This document shows, in pieces, positions 10,068-18,892 of a DNA stretch of 64,000 nt. The position numbers were made by a program, and so were the translations under genes. Below the pieces are notes generated by a model. The model did no database searches, had not been told where the DNA came from, and saw only the letters and a program-made list of their open reading frames with translations. Each line of letters begins with the position of its first letter. The stretch's first letter is position 1. Source of the stretch: Vulcanimicrobiota bacterium. Lineage in GTDB: Bacteria > Vulcanimicrobiota > Xenobia > Xenobiales > JADMJV01. The stretch covers positions 288,001 through 352,000 of the forward strand of contig JBFWNU010000008.1 of assembly GCA_050250895.1 (NCBI GenBank), in the 5' to 3' direction.

Positions 10068-10982
10068 TTATAGGGTGGACAGTACGACCCGGTTGCGACC
10101 CTGGCTTTTTGCTTCATACAAAGCTTCGTCGGCTTTTTTGATGGGAAATTCCCAATGGCGGTCCGAGTCGACGGCGCACAGGCCCGCGCTGACCGTCACC
10201 GTGATGGCCCGCTCGCCATCACTGGTGGGGACCACAAAGGGCCGGCCGGCGATCGACTCGCGGATGCGCTCCAACAAGATCAGGGCTCCGTTGAGCGGAG
10301 AGTGACGGATGAGCACGATGAACTCCTCGCCCCCATAGCGTCCCAGCACGTCCTCGGCCCGGATTCCGGCTTGCAGACGCTGGGCCAGTTCCACCAGCAC
10401 TGCATCTCCGGCGGGGTGACCGTAGCTGTCGTTGATCGATTTGAAGTGATCCACATCCAGCAGCGCCACCGAAGCATCGAAGGCGTGCCGCCGGGTGGCT
10501 GCATACTCTTCTTGCAGGCGCTGCAGGAAGGACTTTCGGTTGAGCACACCAGTCAGACCGTCCTTGGTGGCCCCTGTGTAAAGGTCTTCGAGCAGTTCGC
10601 GCACCGACTCGTCAGGGGTCTCCAGTCTTAGGGTTACTTCAGGGCCCAACCCCAGCACGTCGCCGTTCTTGAGCTTGGCGTCGGAGATTCTCTCGCCGTT
10701 GACGAAGACCCCGTTGGTCGAGTCGAGATCGACGGCCACGAGGGCGCCCTCGACCAGTTGGATCTTGGCGTGGGCGCGGCTGAGCCCTCGCCCCTCCAGC
10801 ACGATGTCGGCCATGGCCGCCGACCGCCCCAGGGTGTGGACGGGCTGGTTGAGGGGGAAGGTCGCCCCTTTGTTCGGGCCTTTGAGGACCAGTAAGACCG
10901 GCTGACGCTTCTCCTCGGTCTTGTTGAAAAAACTGGGTGCGCTACCGAGCGCCTCAGTGGTGCGCTCTTCAAATGAGGACAT
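10068..10982 (-). CDS. FHA-GGDEF diguanylate cyclase
   Basis: FHA motifs GR, SRAH, STNG; GGEEF active site; RAED I-site. Confidence 0.93.
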   Translation of the reverse strand: MSSFEERTTEALGSAPSFFNKTEEKRQPVLLVLKGPNKGATFPLNQPVHTLGRSAAMADIVLEGRGLSRAHAKIQLVEGALVAVDLDSTNGVFVNGERISDAKLKNGDVLGLGPEVTLRLETPDESVRELLEDLYTGATKDGLTGVLNRKSFLQRLQEEYAATRRHAFDASVALLDVDHFKSINDSYGHPAGDAVLVELAQRLQAGIRAEDVLGRYGGEEFIVLIRHSPLNGALILLERIRESIAGRPFVVPTSDGERAITVTVSAGLCAVDSDRHWEFPIKKADEALYEAKSQGRNRVVLSTL

Positions 10983-11103
10983 AGGGTTCTCATTTGCTGC
11001 AAGGGTGACCCAAAGTCCTCCCCCGCGAGAGGGGAGGCCAGCCAGGTCGGCAGGTGGTCGCTACCCGCGCAGGCGCAGCCGCCGGTCGACGACCTCCGGC
11101 TGC

Positions 11104-11778
11104 TTAGTCGCGCGATTGCGCGATCAGAAGGTAGCGAATCAGGTGGGTCACGGCCATCAAGGCCGAGGCCACATAGGTCAGGGCAGCCGCTCCCAGCACG
11201 GCCTTGACGCCGCTGGCTTCGTCATTGGTCACCATTCCCGATTCGCGCAAGACCACCAGGGCTCGGCGCGAGGCGTCGAACTCCACCGGCAGAGTGACCA
11301 GGCTAAAGAGCACGACCGCAGAGAAGATCAGGATACCCAGGTTCAGCAGAGGCTTGATGCCCAGGAACAGGCCGCCAAAGAGCAGCAACATGCCGGCCCC
11401 GTTGCCGAAGTTGGCCAGCGGCACCAAACCCGAACGCAGCTTCAAGGGCCAGTAGTGATTCGCTTTCTGCAGGGCGTGACCCAACTCGTGGGCAGCCACA
11501 CCCAGGGCGGCCACGCTGCGGCCATGATAGACAGGCTCTGAAAGGGCCAGCACGTCACGCTGAGGATCGAAATGGTCGGTCAGGCTACCAGGAGTCGGTT
11601 CTACGGCCACCGGCACTCGATTGCGCCGGGCCAGTTCGCGAGCCGCCTCGGCGCCGCTCAAACGGCGCGAAGCCGGAACCTCGGCGTAGCGGGCAAAGGT
11701 GCTTTTGACTTTCCACTGAGCGAAGAAGGTCAGCAGCATGGCCGGAATCAACAGAATGAAGGTTTGATCGTAGAACAT
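11104..11778 (-). CDS. yugP: YugP-family membrane zinc metallopeptidase
   Basis: LTDHFDP, AAHELGHA, LPVEFDASRRA, AALTYVA; AAGGA SD upstream. Confidence 0.9.
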   Translation of the reverse strand: MFYDQTFILLIPAMLLTFFAQWKVKSTFARYAEVPASRRLSGAEAARELARRNRVPVAVEPTPGSLTDHFDPQRDVLALSEPVYHGRSVAALGVAAHELGHALQKANHYWPLKLRSGLVPLANFGNGAGMLLLFGGLFLGIKPLLNLGILIFSAVVLFSLVTLPVEFDASRRALVVLRESGMVTNDEASGVKAVLGAAALTYVASALMAVTHLIRYLLIAQSRD

Positions 11779-11855
11779 TTTACTTCCTTTCGTTCTCTAT
11801 GATACAACCCGCTCACTTGATGTTAGTTTCCGAACCGTTTGCAAACCGTTAGTTA

Positions 11856-12013
11856 GGGGACCGGGCGCTTCGCGCGGAGATTTGGGCCTAAATGTCGGCC
11901 GACTCTCGAACTGAGCGACAGCTCAGTTCGCCCCTTTCCCGGCCGGAGGCCGCTCCTATTCCCTCGAGCGCAGCGATGAGCTCCTTCTCCCGCCGGCGCA
12001 GCCGGCGCTCCCT
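11856..12013. repeat. Modular hairpin element, copy A (candidate structured RNA or REP-like repeat)
   Basis: Shares GAGATTTnGGCCT…CGGCCGAC and GAGCGCrGC…GAGyTCCTTCTCCC-hairpin-GCTCC with the reverse strand of 27110-27220; perfect 10-bp hairpin at 11907-11930. Confidence 0.6.
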
Positions 12014-12078
12014 GGCCGTCGAACTGTTCACACGGTGTCAACCGCTCCAACCCTGAGTTTGGCTAGAATAATAGGGCT

Positions 12079-12684
12079 ATGACGATTCTATCGATTGGGC
12101 CGAACATACAACACACGGCTCGCGCTAACTCATGGGGTGGCGGCAGCTGGCAGAACGACCAGTACCAAAACGGCACCCAGAACCCCCAGAAAGACTACGA
12201 GATCGCCCAGCGGATGCAATTCTTGAAGGGCGAGATGGACCGCATCGCTTATGCTCTCAAGAACTGCGATGCCCAGGTCGCCGCCCTCGAGCAGAAGATC
12301 TCGTACAAGTCCAACGAGAACTACCAGCTCAACACCCAGCGCGAGAAGCTGGTCTACGATCTGGGTCAGACCGACCGCCAGCTGGCCGAAGCCACGGGCA
12401 AACAGGCGCGCATCAAAGAGAAGCTCCACGACCCCTACTATAAGTCAGAGTGGGGCTATCTTTCCCAGGAGCGCTACCAGGTGGCCGCCGAGATCTCGAA
12501 CCTGCAGGCCGCTCGCGACCGCCAATACTGGGCCATTCAAGACCTCAACGGCAAGATTCAGAATAATCAGAGCGACATCCAGTGGGCTCAAAACGACTTG
12601 TCCAGCAAAAAGGCCGAGTGTCAGCGAAACAAGTACGAGTATGACACCTACGCCGCCGAGTACCAGTCGCTGCGCTACAAGTAG
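12079..12684 (+). CDS. Hypothetical Gln/Tyr/Asn-rich coiled-coil protein
   Basis: 201-aa ORF with strongly biased codon usage and heptad pattern. Confidence 0.8.
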   Translation: MTILSIGPNIQHTARANSWGGGSWQNDQYQNGTQNPQKDYEIAQRMQFLKGEMDRIAYALKNCDAQVAALEQKISYKSNENYQLNTQREKLVYDLGQTDRQLAEATGKQARIKEKLHDPYYKSEWGYLSQERYQVAAEISNLQAARDRQYWAIQDLNGKIQNNQSDIQWAQNDLSSKKAECQRNKYEYDTYAAEYQSLRYK

Positions 12685-14217
12685 CTAACCTCGCCAGCGA
12701 GAGGCCTGGCGGGCCAGCCAGGGGCCGATGGGGGCGCCGATGGCGATGCCGACCATGGCCCCGACCACGCACAGGCAGATCAGGGTAGCGCTGGGGTTGG
12801 GCACGTCCATTTGGCCAGGAAAGCCATAGATGGTGGCATAGACCAGCAGGTGAGCCTCCATCCACAGAGTGGCTCCGATGAAAACCTGCAGGCCCGAGCC
12901 GGCCGCCCGGCCGGGTTCCGGGCGCAGGCCTCGCAAGAAGGCGAAAAAGGTGGTCAAGAACAGACCCAGCAAGCCCGAAAACACCACCAGGTTGCGCAGT
13001 TGAGAGAAGCTGGTGATGTGACTGGGCGAGTAGCCACCCCCCACCAGCAGGACCAGGGCGTGAAAGCTCACCGTGACCAGAAAGCCCCAGGCCATGGCCT
13101 GGGCCAGAGCAGTGCTGTTTTGGCGGCGGTCTAGCTTCATGAAGATATAGACGGGCAGAGCCAGCCAGGCAAAGCCCAGCGGCCAGCGCCAAAAGATCCC
13201 GCGGGCTCGCAGTTTGACCCGCTGGCGCAGGGCCTCTTTGCCGTCGAGTTCGGGATAGGCGCTATAGCCCTCGGAGAGCAGCATCGAAGTGGCCATCGAG
13301 CGGCGCTGGTCGTCGGCCAGATGGACCAACCTGGCGGCCCCGCCCTGATCGAGGAGGAGCCCTTCGAAGAGCGGGTTGCCGATGGAGTCGGCCGGATACG
13401 GTAGACCGAGCAAAACCGCCAGAGTAGGGGCAAGATCGCGCAGTTGGCCGTCGATGTGCGAGCCGGGCCGGACCCCGGCGCCGAGCATCAGCACCGGGCA
13501 AGACAGCACCTCGGCTTCGCGGCCACCGCAGCCGCCGGCCTGGCTCAATCCGTGGGTGCTTACCAGCACCAGCGTAGTCTGAGATAGGTCCACCCCGGCC
13601 AGCAATTGCTGCAATTGGGTGTCGAGGGCCAGGGCTGCTTCGGCGTATTCCTGGCCCACTCCGTGGCGATGGCCGACCTCGTCGAGATTGCGATACTCGC
13701 CCACCACCAGGGCGTGCTCGCCGCTCAAGAAGTCAGCCAGTGCTGCCGTCACCTGCCGATCGGCGTCGGCCGCCTCGCCCAGGGCGATGCGCTGCGAGTC
13801 GGCAAACTGCCCGCCAAACAGCACCGACCAGGCGTAAGACCCGGCCACTACACTGTCGCGGCCCGACTGGGCCAACCGCAGCATGAGCGTGTCGACGCTC
13901 GCCGGCCCTGGGTGCAGGTCGGTCAAGATGCCGGACAGGTCGGGGGGCGTGCCGGTCACGGCCGCGGTCAGGTTGGGCCAGTCAAACGACGGGATCTCGG
14001 AGGCCAACACGCCGGTTGCTCCCTGCCGGGCCGCCTGGGCCCAGAGCTGCAGCCGGGCGGCGGTGTCGGTGCGCAGTCCACCCACCGTCACCAGCAAAAT
14101 CTGTCGCGACTTGGCCTCGCCGGTGAGAGCCCCGGGCGCGGTCACCCAATTACCGGTGGGGTAGTGCACCAGGCTGCCGTGGACGGCGACAGCGAAGAGT
14201 AGACTGAACAGGCCCAA
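12685..14217 (-). CDS. Alkaline-phosphatase-superfamily membrane protein (PIG-O/NPP-like, degenerate active site)
   Basis: LLVTVGGLRTD, LDEVGH, LVSTHG, DLAPTLAVLLG; about 5 C-terminal TM helices; start uncertain. Confidence 0.75.
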   Translation of the reverse strand: MGLFSLLFAVAVHGSLVHYPTGNWVTAPGALTGEAKSRQILLVTVGGLRTDTAARLQLWAQAARQGATGVLASEIPSFDWPNLTAAVTGTPPDLSGILTDLHPGPASVDTLMLRLAQSGRDSVVAGSYAWSVLFGGQFADSQRIALGEAADADRQVTAALADFLSGEHALVVGEYRNLDEVGHRHGVGQEYAEAALALDTQLQQLLAGVDLSQTTLVLVSTHGLSQAGGCGGREAEVLSCPVLMLGAGVRPGSHIDGQLRDLAPTLAVLLGLPYPADSIGNPLFEGLLLDQGGAARLVHLADDQRRSMATSMLLSEGYSAYPELDGKEALRQRVKLRARGIFWRWPLGFAWLALPVYIFMKLDRRQNSTALAQAMAWGFLVTVSFHALVLLVGGGYSPSHITSFSQLRNLVVFSGLLGLFLTTFFAFLRGLRPEPGRAAGSGLQVFIGATLWMEAHLLVYATIYGFPGQMDVPNPSATLICLCVVGAMVGIAIGAPIGPWLARQASRWRG

Positions 14218-14273
14218 ACCGACCAGAACGGCCAGGGTCCCCCACGGATAGTGAAATTGGCGGCTCTCAGGAA

Positions 14274-15470
14274 TTAGAGAACGGCCTTCTTTCTGGGCGG
14301 GTCGAAGAACGGTTTGTCGACCACCCGACAGCGCACCAGTTCGCGATCGTACTCCGCCAGGGTCTCGAAGAGCAACTCGGTGCCCACCTTCGCAAAGCGA
14401 GCGGGCACGGTGGCCAGGGCCAGATTTTTCTTGAGTAGAGGTGACCAGACCCCGCTGGTGGCTCGTCCCACCTGGCGCCGCGAGAGGTCGAAGATGGGCA
14501 CCACGCCGCGCCAGGCCGTGCAGGGCAGGTGCACCGGCAGTTGGCGGCGCTCATAGAGCTTCTCCAGTTCTTCCATGTCGATCTCGAGACCGACGAGTTC
14601 CCAGGCTACTCCCCGGCGTTTCTCGGCCGCCAGGGCCTTCTGGCCGACGAAAGAGCGCTTGTTGAGGTGGACCGTCCAGCCCAGACCGATCTCGAAGGGG
14701 CTCGACTTCTGGGCCTCGGTGATGCAGTGAAAGGCCGGGTTGTAGTCGCAGTCGGCCAGAATAAAGCCTGCCTCGACGCGGGCCATGTCCAGGGCCAGCA
14801 GGCCGATGGGCATGATGTTATAGTCGCGACCCGCCTCCATCAATAGATCCCAGAGCTTTTCGGCGTGGGCTTTGTCGACCCACAGTTCATAACCGAGATC
14901 GCCGGTGAAGCCAGTGCGCGAGATGGTACAGTCAAAGCCATCGAGCTTGGCTTCGAGCATGCGAAAATAGCGCAGCCCGTCGAGGTCGGCTTGGGTGAGG
15001 CGCTTGAGGATGTCGCGTGACTTGGGGCCTTGCAGGGCCAGGGCCCCGATTTCGGCCGAAGTGTCACGAATCTCGACGTCGAGACCGACCGCGTTCTCGT
15101 CGAGCCAGAGAAAGCTCGGGTTGGCCGAGGTCAGGCGTAGATGAGTGTCCGAGAAGCGAAAGATCGCCCCGTCATCGATCACCTTGCCATCTTCATCGCA
15201 CCAGCAGCAGTAGGCCACCTGACCGTCGCTGAGTTTGGTGACGTCGCGAGCCAGCACCCGGTCGGCCAGGGCGATGGCGTGTTTGCCGGTGAGGTCGTAC
15301 TTGTAGAGCGGCGAGACATCGAGCAGGCCGGCCGACTCGCGAATGGCGAAATATTCGGGGTCGACCGAAACGCCGAAACGCTGCACGGCGAAGTAGCCGG
15401 CCCACTCTTTCCAGCACAGGCTCTTGCACAGGGGAGCCGTCTTTTCGTGAAATGCGGTTGCGATACCCAT
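14274..15470 (-). CDS. Aminomethyltransferase (GcvT/DmdA) family protein
   Basis: EYFAIRESAGLLDVSPL, GKVIDDG, LQGPKS, SRTGFTGDLGYE, RVEAG, PFFDP. Confidence 0.92.
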   Translation of the reverse strand: MGIATAFHEKTAPLCKSLCWKEWAGYFAVQRFGVSVDPEYFAIRESAGLLDVSPLYKYDLTGKHAIALADRVLARDVTKLSDGQVAYCCWCDEDGKVIDDGAIFRFSDTHLRLTSANPSFLWLDENAVGLDVEIRDTSAEIGALALQGPKSRDILKRLTQADLDGLRYFRMLEAKLDGFDCTISRTGFTGDLGYELWVDKAHAEKLWDLLMEAGRDYNIMPIGLLALDMARVEAGFILADCDYNPAFHCITEAQKSSPFEIGLGWTVHLNKRSFVGQKALAAEKRRGVAWELVGLEIDMEELEKLYERRQLPVHLPCTAWRGVVPIFDLSRRQVGRATSGVWSPLLKKNLALATVPARFAKVGTELLFETLAEYDRELVRCRVVDKPFFDPPRKKAVL

Positions 15471-17209
15471 CAGGCGTCCTCTTTCTCTTCGTTCTTGCGT
15501 TGGTCGGTCTTGCGACCCTTTTTGAGGGCCTTGCCCACGGCCAGGCCCGCCCCCAGCAGCGAGAGGCCGGCGGCGGCCGCCAGGCCGGCTCCCACCGGGC
15601 TGGTGACGGCGCGCTTGACGCGTTGGGCCTTTTCGCGATTGCCCGGCAGCTGCAAGAGCACCTCGCGGGCCGCATTGGCTCCGCAGGCGCCGGTGGTGTT
15701 ACCGCCCGGGTGGGTGCCCGAACCGCACAGCATCAAGTTGCGAATCGGGGTCTGGTAGCGCGCGAAACCGGCCATGGGACGACCGATGAAAAGTTGGTGC
15801 AGGTTGCGCTCGCCGTGAAAGATGTGGCCTTCGGTCAGACCGTAGACCTCTTCGAGATCGAGGGGAGTGAGCACCTTGCGCTCGAGGATGATCTCTTCGA
15901 GGTTGGGCACTTGTTCGGCAACCACCGCCAGGGCGGCGTCCAGGAACTTCTTCTGGCGCTTCCAGTTGCCTTTGCGCAGGTGGTAGGGCGTCCAGCGCAC
16001 CTCGAGCTGCATGATGTGCTGGTCTTTGGGGGCCAGACTCGGGTCGAGCAGGGTGGGAATCGTGGCCGTAACCCAGGGAGCATCCGAGATCCGCCCGTAT
16101 TTGACGGCGTCGGCCGCCCGCTCCAGAAAGTCGAGGTCGGGGCCGAAGTGGATTCGGCCGCCCAGGAACTTGCGCTGGTCAACGCCGGTCAGGCAGTGGA
16201 ACAGGGGAAGCTCGGACAGAGCCAGGGTGATGATGGTGGTAGTGCCGCGCATCTGGATGTTGCGGACCTTGCGGTGGAAAGACGGGTCGAACTCGAGGGG
16301 ATCCACCAGCTTCTGGAGGGTTCGCTTGGGATCGAGATTCGACAGAATGTGGCGGGCGCGCAACTCGCGTCCGTCGGCCAGACGAACGCCCACGGCCGTG
16401 CCCGACTCGATGAGCACGCTCTCGACTGCGACGCCGGTCTCGATGGTCTGGCTGTCGTCGCGAAGGACGGTGGCCAGCGTGTCGGTGATGGCTCCCATTC
16501 CGCCTTTGGTCATACCGGTGGGTCCGGCCAGGTAGCTATAGATGAGAGTGGCTGCCGTGCCGGGAGCGTACGGCCCATAGTGATGGCCGGCCAGGGCCGG
16601 TCCGGCCAGGGCCGCTTTGAGAATGTCCAGGTCGAACCACTCGTCGAGAAAGTCCTTGAGGCACATGGTGACCGTGCGCATCAGGCGATGCATGTCCTCG
16701 GGCCCCAGCAGCCGCAGTTTGAGCCCCAGGTTGGCCAACTCGACCAGGCCCAGGGGCTCGGAGGAGTCGGGATTGACCGGGGCCAGATCGAGAATGGCCT
16801 CGGTGGCCTCGCGCACGCGATTCATGAATCCGACGTATTGGCGATAGCGACCCGCGTCCCTGGGCGAGTGCTCGGCGATGGCCGCCACCGCCGTCTCGAG
16901 GTCGCGCGCCAGGGAAAGGTGGCGATCAGGACCCATCGGGCAAAACACGATGGGATCGTGATGGACCATCTGAAGTCCGTGGTATTTGAGGTTGAGTTCG
17001 CTCATAATGCGAGGTCGAAGCGGCTGGCCGAACGGAGTGGCCAGCGAGGCTCGAAAGCCCGGATGGAACTCCTCGGTGGCCAGACAACCCCCCACGATAT
17101 CGCGTTTTTCTAACACGACGACTTTCTTGCCCTCGCGCGACAGTTGGGCCGCGGCCACCAGTCCGTTGTGACCGGCCCCGATGATGATGGCGTCATAGAA
17201 GCTGCTCAT
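15470..17209 (-). CDS. Phytoene-dehydrogenase-like FAD oxidoreductase (PYROXD2-like)
   Basis: IIGAGHNGLVAA, TPLDLE, GHIFHGE, CGSGTHPGG; extra hydrophobic C-terminal tail. Confidence 0.9.
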   Translation of the reverse strand: MSSFYDAIIIGAGHNGLVAAAQLSREGKKVVVLEKRDIVGGCLATEEFHPGFRASLATPFGQPLRPRIMSELNLKYHGLQMVHHDPIVFCPMGPDRHLSLARDLETAVAAIAEHSPRDAGRYRQYVGFMNRVREATEAILDLAPVNPDSSEPLGLVELANLGLKLRLLGPEDMHRLMRTVTMCLKDFLDEWFDLDILKAALAGPALAGHHYGPYAPGTAATLIYSYLAGPTGMTKGGMGAITDTLATVLRDDSQTIETGVAVESVLIESGTAVGVRLADGRELRARHILSNLDPKRTLQKLVDPLEFDPSFHRKVRNIQMRGTTTIITLALSELPLFHCLTGVDQRKFLGGRIHFGPDLDFLERAADAVKYGRISDAPWVTATIPTLLDPSLAPKDQHIMQLEVRWTPYHLRKGNWKRQKKFLDAALAVVAEQVPNLEEIILERKVLTPLDLEEVYGLTEGHIFHGERNLHQLFIGRPMAGFARYQTPIRNLMLCGSGTHPGGNTTGACGANAAREVLLQLPGNREKAQRVKRAVTSPVGAGLAAAAGLSLLGAGLAVGKALKKGRKTDQRKNEEKEDA

Positions 17210-18816
17210 GCCTTAACCACCTCTCCATTGCGCATCGACTTGTGGTCGCGCAGGATTTCTTGGGCCGCAATGGCCCCGGGTGCGCCCATCACGCCACCGC
17301 CGGGGTGGACTCCCGAACCGCACATATAAAGCCGTTTTAAAGGCGTGCGGTAGTGGGCCCAGGCGGGTACGGGACGGAAGAAGAACATCTGCTCGAGCGA
17401 GAGTTCTCCGTGGAAGATGTTGCCCTCGGTCAGGCCGAAGTCGCGCTCGAGATCGAGGGGAGTGAGCACCTGGCGATCCACAATCGAGGATTTCAGGTTG
17501 GGGATGTACTCGGCCAGCGTGTCGACCACGGCGTCGCCGAAAGCCTCGCGCTGGTCGTCCCAATGTCCGTCGGCTAGCTTATAAGGTGCGTACTGGACAA
17601 AACACGACACCACGTGTTGGCCGGGCGGCGATACATCGGGGTCGATGACCGAGGGCACCACCACGTTGATGAACGGCTTGCGCGAGAAGCGTCCGTATTT
17701 GGCGTCATCATAGGCTTGCTCGAGATAGTCGATGGAGGGAGCGATGGAGATGTCGCCCATCATGTGTTTGCCCATTCCGGGCAGACAGCTGAACTCGGGC
17801 AGTTTGTCGACGGCCAGATTGACCTTACCCGACGATCCGCGATACTTGTAGGTGCCCAGCCCGTCTAGAAAGTCGGGCTCGAGGTGATCCTTACCGACCA
17901 GACGGTTGAACGTCATGTTGGGGTCCAGACTCGAGGCAACGACCTTGGCCCGCAGCTCTTCGCCGTTTTCCAGCACCACACCCTCGACCTGACCATTGTG
18001 GACCAGCATCTTCTTGACGCTGGCCTCGGTGCGGATTTCGCAGCCCAGGTGTTGAGCGGCCCGAGCGATGGCCATCGAGATGCCGCCGGTGCCGTCTTTG
18101 GGCAGACCCCAGGCGCGATAGACTCCGTCGATCTCGCCCATGTAGTGGTGCAGCAAGACATAGGCGGTGCCCGGCGACGAGACCCCCAGGAAGGTGCCGA
18201 TGATGCCGCTCACCGACATGGCCGCGATCAGGTTCTCGTTCTCGAACCACTCTTTGAGATAGTCGACCGCGCTCATGGTGAAGAGCTTGATGACGTCGAC
18301 CATGACATCGGGCTCGAGTTCGCGAAAGCGTTTGCCCACCTGCATCAGCTTGAGGAGTTCGGCCGGATTCCAGGATTCTACCTGGGGGGGAACCATCGAC
18401 AAGAAGGGCCGCACAAAGCGGCAAATCTTCACCATCTGGCGCGAAAAACGAGGCATCATCTCGGCGTCGCGTTGCGAGAAGGTGCACAGGTGACGATAGG
18501 TCTCGGCTGAATCGTCGGTGCGCAGGATGTAGCGACCATCGGGCAGCGGGCAGAACGTTGACGGTAGCGGCACGATCTCGAGACCGTGACGGGTCAGGTC
18601 GAGATGACGAATGATCTCGGGCCGCAGCAAGCTGACGATGTAGGAGCACACGGAGAAACGAAAACCGGGAAAGATCTCTTCGGTGACCGCGCACCCGCCG
18701 AGCACGTGGCGCCGTTCGAGCACCACGGTTTTCAGGCCGGCTTTGGCGAGATAGCCGCCCGTCACCAGGCCGTTGTGGCCTCCTCCGATGACGATGGCGT
18801 CGTAATGTTTGGCCAA
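17206..18816 (-). CDS. Phytoene-dehydrogenase-like FAD oxidoreductase (PYROXD2-like), paralog
   Basis: IGGGHNGLVTG, TPLDLE, GNIFHGE, CGSGVHPGGGVMGAPG. Confidence 0.92.
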   Translation of the reverse strand: MAKHYDAIVIGGGHNGLVTGGYLAKAGLKTVVLERRHVLGGCAVTEEIFPGFRFSVCSYIVSLLRPEIIRHLDLTRHGLEIVPLPSTFCPLPDGRYILRTDDSAETYRHLCTFSQRDAEMMPRFSRQMVKICRFVRPFLSMVPPQVESWNPAELLKLMQVGKRFRELEPDVMVDVIKLFTMSAVDYLKEWFENENLIAAMSVSGIIGTFLGVSSPGTAYVLLHHYMGEIDGVYRAWGLPKDGTGGISMAIARAAQHLGCEIRTEASVKKMLVHNGQVEGVVLENGEELRAKVVASSLDPNMTFNRLVGKDHLEPDFLDGLGTYKYRGSSGKVNLAVDKLPEFSCLPGMGKHMMGDISIAPSIDYLEQAYDDAKYGRFSRKPFINVVVPSVIDPDVSPPGQHVVSCFVQYAPYKLADGHWDDQREAFGDAVVDTLAEYIPNLKSSIVDRQVLTPLDLERDFGLTEGNIFHGELSLEQMFFFRPVPAWAHYRTPLKRLYMCGSGVHPGGGVMGAPGAIAAQEILRDHKSMRNGEVVKA

Positions 18817-18892
18817 GGCGAACCCCCTGTCTGGCCGCGTTGCGGCCGGGAAAATACTGGCCCCGCGCCTTCTTCGCCGTCGACGGTTTTAC

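Noticed and set aside
11017-11037. Hairpin CCTCCCC-loop-GGGGAGG as an intrinsic terminator
   Set aside because: No U-tract on either strand; function cannot be supported.
11831-11850. LacI/CcpA-type operator (GTTTGCAAAC palindrome)
   Set aside because: Short, imperfect consensus match and no cognate regulator nearby.
11856-11930. TPP riboswitch (also considered for 27100-27220)
   Set aside because: Only a GGG.GC…GCTGAGA-like start; the ACCTGAT…AATGCC.GCG.AGGGA core is missing and downstream genes are unrelated to thiamine.
14274-15470. True glycine-cleavage gcvT
   Set aside because: No gcvH or gcvP adjacent, and the N-terminal motifs fit the broader aminomethyltransferase family.
15452-17113. 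Long antisense ORFs (also 1808-3145, 38844-40319, 48878-50212, 50339-51589)
   Set aside because: Shadow ORFs opposite well-supported genes, expected at high GC.
15470-18816. Carotenoid biosynthesis (crtI/crtO)
   Set aside because: No crtB/E/Y nearby; coupling to a GcvT-family gene argues for another role.
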